The position numbers were made by a program, and so were the translations under genes. 64,000 bases of DNA from Macrostomum hystrix (Eukaryota; Animalia; Platyhelminthes), in assembly GCA_950097015.1 (NCBI GenBank), contig CATNEN010000039.1, positions 992,001 to 1,056,000 on the forward strand. Reading direction: 5' to 3'. Positions 10,225 to 22,974 of this stretch are shown here, piece after piece (position 1 is the stretch's first letter; each line of letters begins with the position of its first letter). The notes under the pieces are model-generated. The model made no database searches. It had not been told where the DNA came from and saw only the letters and a list, made by a program, of their open reading frames with translations.

Positions 10225-13200
10225 CTACATGAAGGGATTATTGCTGTAGCCAGCTGCTGGTGGTGGCTGCTGGCCCCAGGGATTGTAGGCGGCTGGATAC
10301 GCCTGCGGCTGCGGCGGCTGCTTCGGCAAATCGATCAGCGGCGGTGGGAGGCCACCGCCTATGCTGACGCTGAAGCCGACATCACCGCCGTTGGCCGCGC
10401 GGCGCTGCAGCTCCGACAACGTCGGCTGAACCGGCTGAGTGGCGTGGAACGGATTACTGTGGTGGCTGGGGCTGTGGCTCACCGGTGCGAACGGGTTCGT
10501 GTTGCCTGCAGGATAGTTAGCTCCGCTTGTACCGCCAACGGCATGGAAATCTCAGGATACCTCTTTCCCTCAGTGCTCTCACCTTGCTTCCCTCAGTGCT
10601 CTCACCCCTTCCCTCAGTGCTCTCACCTTGCTTCTCCCAGTGCTCTCACCCCTTCCCTCAGTGCTCTCACCTTGCTTCCCTCAGTGCTCTCACCCCTTCC
10701 CTCAGTGATCTCACCCTGCTTCTCCCAGTGCTCTCACCCCTTCCCTCAGTGCTCTCACCCCTTCCCTCAGTGCTCTCACCCCTTCCCTCAGTGCTCTCAC
10801 CCCTTCCCTCAGTGCTCTCACCCCTTCCCTCAGTGATCTCACCCTGCTTCTCCCAGTGCTCTCACCCCTTCCCTCAGTGCTCTCACCCCTTCCCTCAGTG
10901 CTCTCACCCCTTCCCTCAGTGCTCTCACCCCTTCCCTCAGTGCTCTCACCCCTTCCCTCAGTGCTCTCACCCCTTCCCCCAGTGCTCTCACCTCTGTGAG
11001 AGCCTTTTAAAATTCAAAAGCCATTTTACACTCCGACGGTTATTTAAAGTGTGAAACAGGGATGGTTAAGGTGAATAGGTAAAAGTGAAGCAAAGTTATA
11101 AAGTTTAGTTTTAAATTTTAACTGTCATACAATCCATTCAAAAACAGATCAACAGTCGATCAGGCTTTAGTAAAAGTACACTTTGTACAGTCCCTTAACT
11201 AAACGTGAGCAAGCGATACCTTAAAGCGAGTCAGCTGAGTTGTAAATCTGTAACTCTCGCGTCACACTCATAGGAACACAGTTAACATGTTAGTTAAAAT
11301 ATTAGAGGACATCCAGTTGAAAACTGCGTACCGAACACGGAAAACGGCTGTTTCGGTAAGGCTGCAAAAATCGATGAAATGAAGGCAACGACAATCGTAG
11401 CAGATGCAAAACATGCTCACCCAGGATATGCCGTTTGGGTCCCGCTGGACCAGCGGACACTCACCCCATGCCAACCCAGGATATGCCATTTGGGTCCCGC
11501 TGGACCAGCGGACACTCACCCCATGCCAACCCAGGATATGCCGTTTGGGTCCCGCTGGACCAGCGGACACTCACCCCATGCCAACCCAGGATATGCCATT
11601 TGGGTCCCGCTGGACCGGCGGACACTCACCCCATGCCAACCCAGGATATGCCATTTGGGTCCTGCTGGACCGGCGGACACTCACCCCATGCCAACCCAGG
11701 ATATGCCATTTGGGTCCTGCTGGACCATCGGACACTCACCCCATGCCAACCCAGGATATGCCATTTGGGTCCCGCTGGACCAGCGGACACTCACCCCATG
11801 CCAACCCAGGATATGCCATTTGGGTCCCGCTGGACCATCGGACACTCACCCCATGCCAACCCAGGATATGCCATTTGGGTCCTGCTGGACCATCGGACAC
11901 ACCCCATGCCAACCCAGGATATGCCATTTGGGTCCCGCTGGACCATCGGACACTCACCCCATGCCAACCCAGGATATGCCATTTGGGTCCTGCTGGACCA
12001 TCGGACACTCACCCCATGCCAACCCAGGATATGCCATTTGGGTCCCGCTGGACCGGCGGACACTCACCCCATGCCAACCCAGGATATGCCATTTGGGTCC
12101 CGCTGGACCGGCGGACACTTACCACGTGGCTGCTCCACCAGGCTGTCCAGATTCACCAGATTGCCGTGATCGCCTAGAAAACCGTGCGCTGACTTTGCCC
12201 TCTGCGGCTGCAGGGATGCCGCCGAGTTTGACGGAGCAACTGCGGCCTCGAAGGAGGCGGGCCAGGGATCGCTGGCGGCGGACTTGGAGAAATTGCCTGC
12301 AGGCAAAGGAGAGGAAGATGGGGCGAAGGAGAGGAAGATGGGAGAGAAGGAAAGGAGATGGGAGGCAAGGAGAGGAAGATGGGAGAGAAGGAGACGAAGA
12401 TGGGGAGAAGGAGAGGACGATGGGGAGAAGGAGAGGACGATGGGGAGAAGGAGAGGAAGATGGGGAGAAGGAGAGGACGATGGGGAGAAGGAGAGGAAGA
12501 TGGGGAGAAGGAGAGGAAGATGGGAGAGAAGGAGAGGACGATGGGAGGGAAGGAGATGAAAATGGGAGATAAGAGCTAAGGGATTTACAAAGGGATTTCA
12601 GAGATATGGAAGATAAGATATATACTCGTATTTCCCAGGTATTGTATGTCTCACCTGGCGAACTGAATTGGTCGTCAAATCCGGAGCCCTGCCGCTGCGG
12701 CGGACCAACGCTATGAGCGGCCCAAGTATCCGAAGCGCTCGGGATCGATGCTGACAGAAGCAGCGGGCGGGTTGGGAACACGAAATAATCTGCCCGACTC
12801 CCTATTGTGCACACCAAGTAGATAAAATCATCGGGAAGGCCTACACTACTCACCCACTACCCAATTGCTAGCGGTGACAGAGGTTGCCCAAGGATCCGTC
12901 CAGGCAGCGGCTGCCGCCGCGGGGACAGATGGCGGTGCGCCCCACGGGTCCGGGCCATTAGCGGGGGCTACCGACAGTGAGGTGTCGATGAGGTTGACCA
13001 GGCCGCCAGACTGCGGGGGGTCGGAGATTGGCTGATTGAGTGCAAATAGATTCTACATGAACACGTACGTGATACGAATGTGATAAGCAGCAGAGCAAAG
13101 GCAAACCGCTTGACGACTACCGGAGACGGATCGTTGGCGCTCCTGCAATTAAAAAAATCATTAAGTTCGTCGAGTTTTGTAAAGTTGCAGCTAACCCCCT

Positions 13201-15374
13201 AACGCGTACCGAGCAACGACCTGCCCTGAAACCAACCTCCTCTTCCTTCTTGCTAGCTTCCAGCGCCATCTTCAGCTTCAGGTCATCTTTGAGGCCTTCG
13301 GCTTGGCGTCGCTTGACCTCCTCGGCATGCTCCTCCTTGGACATGGCCAGCGCCAGCTCCAGCTCAACATCCTCCGCTGCGCCGCCCCCTCCCTTTGCAC
13401 CTCCTGGGAATCAAGTGGCATTTAATGAATCGTAAGATATGGCTTATGCAAGGTAAGGTAGGATGCAACCTCAAAAGGATGGGATCGGATAAGCAAATTG
13501 AGGGTTGTGTACAAGGGGATTCGGGATCTGGGATCAAACAATGAAGGATATTGAGGATCTGGGATTACACAATGAGGGATGTTTAGGATCTGGGATTACA
13601 CAATGAAGGATATTGAGGATCTGGGATTACACAATGAAGGATATTGAGGATCTGGGATTACACAATGAAGGGTATTGAGGATCTGGGATTACACAATTAA
13701 GGGTAGTGAGGATCTGGGATTACATAATGAAGGGTATTGAGGATCTGGGATTTCACAATGAAGGGTATTGAGGATCTGGGATTACACAATGAAGGGTATT
13801 GAGGATCTGGGATTACACAATGAAGGGTATTGAGGATCTGGGATTTCACAATGAAGGGTATTGAGGATCTGGGATTACACAATGAAGGGTAGTGAGGATC
13901 TGGGATTACACAATGAAGGGTATTGATGATCTTGGATTACACAATGAAGGATATTGAGGATCTGGGATTACACAACGAGGGGTATTGAGGATCTGGGATT
14001 ACACAATGAGGGATGTTTAGGATCTGGGATTACACAATGAAGGATATTGAGGATCTGGGATTACACAATGAAGGATATTGAGGATCTGGGATTACACAAT
14101 GAAGGGTATTGAGGATCTGGGATTACACAATGAAGGGTAGTGAGGATCTGGGATTACACAATGAAGGGTATTGAGGATCTGGGATTACACAATAAAGGGT
14201 ATTGAGGATCTGGGATTACACAATGAAGGGTATTGAGGATCTGGGATTACACAATGAAGGGTATTGAGGATCTGGGATTACACAATGAAGGGTAGTGAGG
14301 ATCTGGGATTACACAATGAAGTTTATTGATGATCTGGGATTACACAATGAAGGATATTGAGGATCTGGGATTACACAATAAAGGGTAGTGAGGATCTGGG
14401 ATTACACAATGAAGGGTATTGAGGATCTGGGATTACACAATGAAGGGTATTGAGGATCTGGGATTACACAATGAAGGGTATTGATGATCTGGGATTACAC
14501 AATGAAGGGTATTGATGATCTGGGATTACACAATGAAGGGTATTGAGGATCTGGGATTACACAATGAAGGGTATTGAGGATCTGGGTTTACACAATGAAG
14601 GGTATTGAGGATCTGGGATTACACAATGAAGGGTATTGAGGATCTGGGTTTACACAATGAAGGGTATTGAGGATCTGGGATTACACAATGAGGGATGTTG
14701 AGGATCTGGGATTACACAAAGACTAACAATTTGACATAGGAGTGCTAATGCGGCCCAACAGGAGCCACCAGAAAGTATTTTAATTGGCTCGTACCAGCCG
14801 CACTGCGACCTATTCCGCCACCATCTTCACCATTGCCACTGCCGGAAGTTCTGTGCGAGGAGAATTCGGCGCTTGCGCGCCGGTAGGCGGAGCGACTGTC
14901 CACGGACATGCCCCTGCCATGCAGCCGGTCGCGGGTGCGCAGGGCGCTGGCCCGCTCAGACCGCAGCTTCTCGTCGTCTTTTAACAGCGCCACCAGCTGC
15001 TTGGCCTTCTCGCGCACATTCAGGCCGTAATCCTTGGCCTCTTCAACATATTGGAAGTCTCTAAGAGACTGGATGACAAATAGATTCTCCTTGCACTGCT
15101 GGGCTACCTTCTCACTGCCAGTCTTGACCAGGTTGTCCAGCAGCACCAGGGCCTTGTACACGTGGCGCCAGTTCTTATTCTTATCATTTAGTCGCTTCCA
15201 CACCAGCGACATGATCTCAGTATAGGCCATAACATTGTAGGTCATCTCGGCAATCTCTGCCATCAGGGTGCCGGACGGGCCCCATGGATCATTTGAGGTG
15301 GCCTCACGAACTTTCACCTTAGCTTCGGAATAATTGTGCACCACATTCTTCAAGTTGCGCCTGATTGCTGTCAT
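10225..15374 (-). CDS. EPN1: Epsin (ENTH, UIM, DPW and NPF motifs), 7 coding exons
   Basis: Exons 15374-14795 (ENTH: VREATSNDPWGP...KNWRHVYKAL), 13403-13237 (two UIMs), 13142-13107 (36 nt, less certain), 13031-12854 (DPW), 12750-12655, 12296-12123 (LVNLDSL clathrin box) and 10505-10225 (three NPF, ends NNPFM). Phases consistent. Paralogue number is not resolvable. Confidence 0.92.
10566..10992. repeat. 21/22-bp minisatellite in last epsin intron
   Basis: Unit CTCAGTGCTCTCACCCCTTCC, about 20 copies. Confidence 0.95.
11420..12122. repeat. 55-bp minisatellite starting at an epsin splice donor
   Basis: Unit CCAGGATATGCCATTTGGGTCCCGCTGGACCRKCGGACACTCACCCCATGCCAAC, about 13 copies. Confidence 0.95.
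12308..12567. repeat. ~20-bp purine-rich minisatellite (polypyrimidine on the epsin sense strand)
   Basis: GAGAGGAMGATGGGGAGAAG repeats directly adjoining the acceptor at 12297. Confidence 0.9.
13525..14719. repeat. 31-bp minisatellite in epsin coding intron 1
   Basis: Unit GAGGATCTGGGATTACACAATGAAGGGTATT, about 38 copies. Confidence 0.95.
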
Positions 15375-15614
15375 GCTTTTGCCAGGTCTGCTGCTGCTTG
15401 CCCTGGTGTCGGGCTAAATAGAATCTCAATTCTCTGAGCTGTAGGACTCACTTAATTATTTAAGCTGGCCGCTGTGTCTAAGCAGGCTAGAAGCTTTCCT
15501 TCAGGCACACTTAGGGGCCTGAAAGTATAGGGTTATTCAGTGTCTACTTTTAGTCTCATGCCCAACAAAAATATAAACATTATAATACTCTTTCTAGTCA
15601 AGCATACACAATGT

Positions 15615-15756
15615 AGATCTGGGATTACACAAATACTAATAATTTGACATTGAATTGCTAATGGGGCCCAACAGGAGCCACCATAAAGTATTTTAACTTG
15701 CTCATACCAGCCACACAACCACCTATTTGGCCACCATTGCCACAATTGCCACTGCC
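15615..15756. repeat. Diverged direct duplicate of the epsin exon/intron junction (~14703-14843)
   Basis: GATCTGGGATTACACAAA...GGCCCAACAGGAGCCACCA...ACCAGCC...ATTGCCACTGCC is shared by both loci. Confidence 0.85.
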
Positions 15757-17612
15757 ATAATGTAATAATGTAGTGCAATTCTTTAATAGTGTTAACTGTG
15801 TATTTAGAAAGGGGTGTAAGGAGTGATAGTGGCAGTTTATATCATAGACAACAAATGTATACTGTAACTGATTGGGAAATCTCTGAATGGTAGTTCTAGA
15901 AGGAAAACCACTTGGTTATAATTAGAACATCTAGCCTATAGTTAAAACTAACAATTACATGTACTTTAACATATAAGTCCTGTGCAAGGAGAATAAGCCT
16001 GGCTTGGCCCTCAGCAGTGCATATTGTGTAACAAGCCACTGCTAATGAAGTGGTACTGCTATGGAATTCAGCTTAGAAACCTTAATAAAAGAGGCAAATA
16101 CATTAACCAATTTGCCACAACCCCTTGTTTTAATCTTAATTTAAAAAAGTCAAATATGTAATTAGTTGACTATTCAAACACAATTATTTTTTACCATACA
16201 TTGAGGCAACTTAGATAACTATTGTTAGAAATTCATTTTTATTAACCATCATAATTTCATTGACTTTGCATAGGGAAATATAGCCAAAGCCATAAATAAT
16301 GTTTAAGTCCTATGAAAAAAATTGCCACCATATGGCATATCTAAAAATGCATGGTGCTATCTTGGCACCATATGTGAATAGCTTGGTCCAAATTCAGAGT
16401 GCCAAAAAACTTTGATGTACGGCACTAACAATAAAAAAGTAGCAGTAACGGTGAGAATCCTATGATAAATAGCCATAGACTATAAATAGCCTATAGCCAT
16501 CGACTAGGTCCTAGTATAACTGTTGGCATTGCATAGTGGTGAAATGTTGTTTTTTGTCAAAAAGTTGGATTGTCTACAAAACCATATGGTAAAAAGAATA
16601 GTTTGTTATATATGTGACTTAGTTAAATTGTAAAAAATATTTGTTACACAATATAAATAAAACTACCTGCTACAATAAAACAACTAGGCCTAGTAATGCT
16701 ATCAGACATCTAAAATATATTAGGCCTACCAGAAATATCTAAAATACAATGTCAGAATAACTGAATATGATAGGCCTACTCAGAGCCTCAGACAATACAA
16801 TTAAATCTATAAATAGCATTCTCAGAAATATTTCAAGAAAGTGATTCTAAGAATATCTTTAAAATAAATCCCTACAACAACTTTGGTGGCATTTAAATTT
16901 AAATTTAAATTACTTAGATGTACATATCCTGAAATAGTAAAGTATTATAGATAAATCAGAACTCTAACAACTTTGGTGACAGAGATAAAAGAAAAGAATA
17001 CATATTTAAATTTGTCCTAGAAAAAATGCTGACAACATTGAGATATAAAAACAATTTGAGCAATAATTAAAGAGAGAAGCGAGCCACTACACTAGGACAG
17101 TGGGCAAGATTTTTATAGTGACAATGCCTAGGGGCTAGGGCCCTATAGTTTAGGGCTAGACTGGTAGTCGTAGCTATCTATAACTTTTTGTTTATAATTA
17201 AATCCTACTAGTCTGTACTGTAAAAAAGCATTTTTCTAATAAGTTTTTATCGAAAATTGTGATGTTCAGTACTAGCTAGCTAGCTGATTTACAGACTAAG
17301 TAGTGTTATCGTTGTCAATCACTGCAGCGACGAGGAAGTTGTTTGCTTCGACTACACTGACTAATATATTCAGTGACTGCCTCATGATGATTCCTATTTT
17401 TTATTCCTAATACTCATTTATAAAACAGCTTAGTTAAAAATTAAAAATATTAAAGCTAAGTAGTTCATTGCGTTTGTTTATCTGTCTGGCATAGCCTTTT
17501 AAGCTGTACAAATTAGCAAGATTCTTCGAATCTAAATTTACATCATGTACCAACTTTCTTCACCTTTAACCGTGCCAACAAACAACAGACCTTAATGTAA
17601 ATATCAACTAAG

Positions 17613-17859
17613 ACCCACGGCAAGCGGCCTGGAGCTAAAAGCTCGCAAAATTGTCGGGCTAACCGGCAGTAAAGCGCGCTCCTGAGCTCTCATTGTAAAG
17701 AAAATTGTAGGCAAATATTGAAAACATGTGTGCATTTATATAATTCGTTTATGGCAAGAATAAATGAAGTCAGGGAAGCGAGAGCTCAGGAGCGCGCTTT
17801 CCTGCCGGTTAGCCCGACGATTTGCGAGCTTTTAGCTCGGCTAGCCGGTTGCCGTGGGT
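17613..17859. repeat. ~80-bp inverted repeat pair (hairpin/MITE-like) with ~88-bp spacer
   Basis: 17613-17691 is the near-perfect reverse complement of 17780-17859. Confidence 0.85.
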
Positions 17860-18150
17860 TGTGTGGAGAGTTCCATCGCACCTTAAGCAACACGAAACGA
17901 ATAATGCAATAAAACAAATATATGTAGATTAACGAATAAATCATAGAAATCTTTCCATATACAAAACTAACATGTCATGTTACATGTCATATAAATATTG
18001 CCTCATAAATATAGGAGCGTACTATGCATTGAGCAGAGACCTATTTTTATTGCTTTAAAAGTTCGAACACCTAAACTGTTACATGCTGATTCATTCCTGG
18101 TCCGTTCAGTTTTCTCGCAAATGTATTAATTGTTTTAATTTTATTACTTT

Positions 18151-19760
18151 TTAAACACACTGGGAAGGCGGGAAATTAGACGAAAGCGAGTGATGCCCCC
18201 AAAGCGAAAGCGATTTAATTTTAAGAGGGAGTGACTTGGTGCCGTTGAACGTGTCGATGCACACGAGAAAGTGAATGTACTGAGTAGTGCATTCAGTGAT
18301 CGTAACCTTCACAACCTTGTCCCAGTTGATCGTAAAGCCGATCAGGCTCTGAAGAACGTCAAGAAGGCAATTGAAAGCAGCGGAGGCTTCGGCTTCCGTT
18401 CTGCCGGCAACAACCCAATCATCCAGGTAGTTCACTGCCGCAGAGAACCCGAGCCGGTGCATGCGCCGCGTCACAGCCGCCGAGAGGCGATGGAAGACTT
18501 CGCAGGCAACTTTTGCGCCAAATGGCAGTCTGGTGTCGTTGAGCCAACTGTCCTGGCTATCTGACCCAAACCTCCCCGAAAGGCCGTCATGCTTGTAGAT
18601 TTCAGGGCTGATCGGCACTGACCCGTAAGCATTTTTGAGGTCGACATTGGCCAAGTAGGAACCTGGTTGAAGATGCCGTTCTAGCTGCTGGATTATGCTG
18701 ATATGCTTCTGCTGGTCGTAGCAATCATTCACTGACTGGCCTGACGGAAAGGACAAGTCGTGAATCAGACGAACGCGTCCATCGGACTTCGGGATGGCCC
18801 TACTGGGTTGATCTTTAAGGGGCCATGAGTCACGACATACCTTCCGAGGCGAAGCTTCTCCTTGATGTGAGTCTCAACCAAGGCGAGATAGGTCAGCGGC
18901 GGAAGCCGCATAAAAAGGGTCAGCGGCGGTTGATCCGAGTTGGTGAGGGCGAAGCCATGAAGGACGGCGTCCATCAGAAAGTCGCGGTCCATATCGTCGA
19001 TAAGCCAGGCGTGCCAGGCATGCAAGGCCTTGGGTTGCACATCAGAGAAGATATGCAGCAAGGATTTAAAAGCAGGAACACAGGTGTTAAAATCGGAGCC
19101 AACAGCATAAAACTGAGTCAGTTTTTTTCTGTCGTCTCAGGCACGAGGCCGACACTTTTTCCGTGAACGTGCGCTGGGTGAGGTGCCTGGCAGCCTTGGA
19201 TCCTGCAGACGTGGCGGAACTTGCAAGTCTGGCGAGTGCAGCCGGCTTCAGAGTTGAAATGCACGCATATTGTCAGGGTCACCGCTTGCAGCTGCTGCTG
19301 GTTGGATTGCTTAGCTAGGGTAAACCGAAGGTTGCTCGGCGCGTTGAGATGTTCATGGTAGAGTTAAGGGGGCTCCACGCCTCATGGCATGCCGGTCTCG
19401 GCTACAAGCCTCCTATAGTCCTCATCAAGCCCAGACAACAGACTGGCAGTAGTCAGCGTCCAGCAGCTCGATACCTCCTTGACCCCGTAATCCTAGCGAG
19501 GGATCCGAACCAACACAGAACCTCCTTGATAAAGTCATCTATAGTATTTGATTGAACACGATCCTTGATACGAGCTAATGGTCTGCAGAATAACGGAGTT
19601 AGCAGGGATCCATTGACCCACGGACACACTGGACAGCTTTGGCTCTTGCTTCCTAAACGTGAGGGTGCCGTTCTCCATCGAGGCGACCAGTTGTTCTTGA
19701 CTCGAGGAACCAGCTTGTCTTGATGATTGGACGAAGTCTCTGATCAGCAGCACCTTTGAC
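18151..19760 (-). mobile_element. Degenerate DIRS/Ngaro-type retrotransposon (gag-like CCCH finger plus RT)
   Basis: RT motifs VDLKNAY, RLPFG, NYLDD and GFTINWDK (18151-18756). Upstream DRDFLMDAVLHGF and a Cys/His knuckle ICVHFNSEAGCTRQTCKFRHVC (~19190-19270). Frameshifted. Confidence 0.75.
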
Positions 19761-20570
19761 CTCGAGGACTTAGAGGGTTTCAGCCTTTGACTGGGCCGCC
19801 TCTCACTTACTTATTTGCAGGGGGGGCCTGGGGCACTTGACGCACAAGCGCAGGAATGGCACCCCCAGGCCGGCGAACTAGGCGGGAGTCGCCAATGGCG
19901 CCACCTGGACCACTGGACTCAGGCACCTCACACACAGCAGCAAGCCAAGCGGGGATGGGGGCGGCAGCCGGAGGCTAGTGCCTCTCACCCCAGGCCCGCA
20001 CACGCACAGAGCAGACCAGGGTAGGACTTAGATGCCTGAAGGGTAGGGACGAGAGGACCAGGCCACGCGCGCCGACGGCTGGTGAAACCTCGCCGCTCAG
20101 AGCACGCATGGCTGGTGCACACCCGCCCCACCCCCCATACAACGCCTCACACCCGGCCCAACGCACAAACACAAACACAAACAAGCAGGCATGCAGAAGG
20201 CAGGGGTTAAGCTATTTTAAATTAGCTTTGGTTGCACAGAATAAGGTATATCTCCGCAAGTCACTACTTCGCAAACCTCCAACGAAGCCTCGAAATAATC
20301 GTGACTTGGAGGGGGGAACGAACCAGCGACCATTGGAAAGTGAGGCAGCGACACTAGCCGCTGACCCACTCACCCCTCGGCCGCCTCTCTCACCTCTGGC
20401 TCAAAATCTTCCGTAAAAAACACACAAGGATGCTGATTTTTCTCACATGATGAGGCTGGCTGAGGTTGCGACGTCTGGCGTTGTTGAGACTGGTGTTGCT
20501 TCTTGAGTTCTCGCCGGCGGCCCTCCAAAACTTCTAGTTCCAGACGCTCCTCCTCCTGTCGCAGGGTCGC

Positions 20571-20807
20571 CTACCGGTCGCTCCCCGCCACCGGAGACGC
20601 CTCGCCCTCGCTGCTGCTGGCCACCTTCATGTCTGTAGCTGTGATTGCAGTTGTCGCGCTGCGTAGGTCTCCAGGATCAGGATGGTTGAGTGCCGCTGAG
20701 AGCCGCTTAGTCAGTTGCTGCTTTTTACCACACGTAGATAGGCCTCTGCATTTCAATTCGGCCTTTAGCTGGCGCATGGTAAGCTGAGACGGGCTAGCAG
20801 CACTCAT
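20571..20807 (-). other. SAP-domain ORF, probably the N-terminus of a retroelement gag/ORF1
   Basis: LTMRQLKAELKCRGLSTCGKKQQLTKRL fits the SAP consensus. An in-frame stop is followed by a coiled-coil-like stretch. Confidence 0.55.
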
Positions 20808-21498
20808 GATGTGACAACAAAGTTGAGATCAGCGACTCTGGTAGGCGGTCCGAGGCCGGAGCTTAAACCACCCCCGCGAGACGCGGGGCAAGGAAGAGCA
20901 CAAAAATGCACAATGGACACGTATGTACATAAAGCACTCGCCCCAGGTGCGTCTAATACGCTTTATACTTAGCGTAACACACGCATTACATTTTTTGCAT
21001 GAAAAACTGAGTGTCTTCGAATTAATCACTCCTTGTTGCCGAAGCCAAACATTTCCGTTTCCTCCAAGCTAGCCAATGTCGGTTTTCACTAAATATATTT
21101 TTTGTTAATCTAGAACTTCGAAATCACGAGGAATTTAAAGGGAAAAGGAACATTAGGACAGAAAAACGGATAAAAAAGCTAATAAGAACAAATCAGCACG
21201 TAAGTAACTAGAACTGATGTTACTGTACAAGCACACACGGTTATCTGAGCATTTTTTCTTGGATCTCTATCATCTCAATTTTGAGTACTTGGAAAGTACT
21301 GCTGTTGCAAAGTACGAGTACAAGCTAAACAGGCATTTTTATTTGGATGAATAATTCTGCGTTTGACTGTAAGCAGGCAACTAAAACTTGCTTTATTTAA
21401 AACTTGAAGCAACTTGTTAAAAACTTGCTGTATAACCTATTTTTCTATTTAAATAGCCGTTACACATCAAGAATGTGTCGCGGCCTCCCAATGTAATT

Positions 21499-22194
21499 TC
21501 AGTCCTCCCTTCGCAGCACTGTATTGGCTCGGTGCAGCTTGTTCCCCGATCGGGTCTCCCCTGGACGCTGATCCTCGATGGTCACTTGTTTCGTGGCTTT
21601 CGCTTTGCTGCCGTTGCTCATCAGGATGGAAGCTGCGGGCTGCTGCGGCTTGACTGGTTGAGGCTGCGGCGGTGGCGGCGGTGGAGGCGGCTGATGCGCC
21701 GACTGCTTCGCCTGCCATTGGTTGCCGAACTTTCGCTCCACGTGAATGATCTCATTGTACGCAGAGAATTCGTCTCTGCGCCGCCGATGCGGCCGCGCCC
21801 AATTGTCAGCATTGTAGGCGCCGGCTTCTGGCGCAAAGGCAGCTCCGCCGTGGGTCTCGCTGTTGTGCCCAAGCCGTCTCGTGGCTGTCACGCCAGGTGA
21901 GTAGTCTGAGTGGAATTGTTGGCTCAGCTCAGAGTACCAGTCAGGCTGCTGCTGCTGCCTTTTATCGTGAAGCGGTGGCAGATGCTGCGGTGGCCTTCGA
22001 GTCGGTGTGACTGACTTGGAGCCCTCGGTCTGCATGCGGTTCCAAGCGAGCTGCACCTGGACCTGGTCAGTCAGCAATGCTCGGCAGCGCGCCTTGCCGA
22101 ATTGGGCTTGCAGATTGGCGGGCACATGCGTCAGGAAGACGTCTACGGGTTCGGCTGGAGACTCAGCCTGTTCAGCTCCGTGTGGTTGATGCAT
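21499..22194 (-). CDS. Uncharacterised P/Q-rich protein (231 aa)
   Basis: ATG in good context (GCCATG), exon-like GC content and AT-rich flanks. No recognised domain. Confidence 0.4.
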   Translation of the reverse strand: MHQPHGAEQAESPAEPVDVFLTHVPANLQAQFGKARCRALLTDQVQVQLAWNRMQTEGSKSVTPTRRPPQHLPPLHDKRQQQQPDWYSELSQQFHSDYSPGVTATRRLGHNSETHGGAAFAPEAGAYNADNWARPHRRRRDEFSAYNEIIHVERKFGNQWQAKQSAHQPPPPPPPPQPQPVKPQQPAASILMSNGSKAKATKQVTIEDQRPGETRSGNKLHRANTVLRRED

Positions 22195-22974
22195 GGCTGA
22201 AGTCTGTGCAGCTCTTGTCTCTTTTCGGGCTCAGTGCTGAATCTTCAGCTGACTTCTGCAAGAATTTATTCTCGCCAAGCGTCTCTCCCCTCCTTTCTAC
22301 CTCGGCAGCTGCAACAATAGGCAACGGCAATAGCCAAGCCTTCAAGTGTGCTCAAGTATATATGCTCCGACTGGCTCTACTGTGGCCGCCGTACTCTTGC
22401 TCATTCTTAATAGTCAGATCTTAAAAATTCTGAGAAAATTCTGAGTACCTTCTCATGCATATTTGTATAAGTGAGTCGTACGCTCACCTCTGCTTAATGA
22501 CAATGGGCACATTGCATCACGTGTTCGTTCGGCTCGCCAGAAATGACGGGCCCTTCACAAGCCATGAGGCTAGCCCATTATACTCGTATGAGCTCAGACA
22601 ATTATTTTTAATTTCTCACTGTTTCTTAGGCCTAACATTTGAATTTGCTTTCAGTGAGCCACTTCTGATGCTCATAGAGTTTCGGCATCTTAAAATTAAT
22701 GCAAAAAAGCCATTGTTAAACAAAGTTAAAAATTTATGAAATTTGCTTTACTAATAGTGGCTTATTGCTAACGATTTCATTTGCATTCCCATGCTCCAAT
22801 TGATCCCGTTTATGATCCAGATATCGTGAATCGTACGTATAATGGCAAGTAAATAATATATTATATTATATAGTTGCATACTGTTGTGTCTGAAATTGTT
22901 GAGTTTTGGTAAACCCAGCCAGAAAGCCAATGTAGCTCGTATATTATTCTGCTTTCAGCAAATAACCGCTTTTT

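Noticed and set aside
11379-12572. Repeat ORFs (e.g. 397 aa), and likewise those at 27514-28419, 28767-30083 and 53065-53649
   Set aside because: Open in several frames and strands because of the tandem units. No domain signal.
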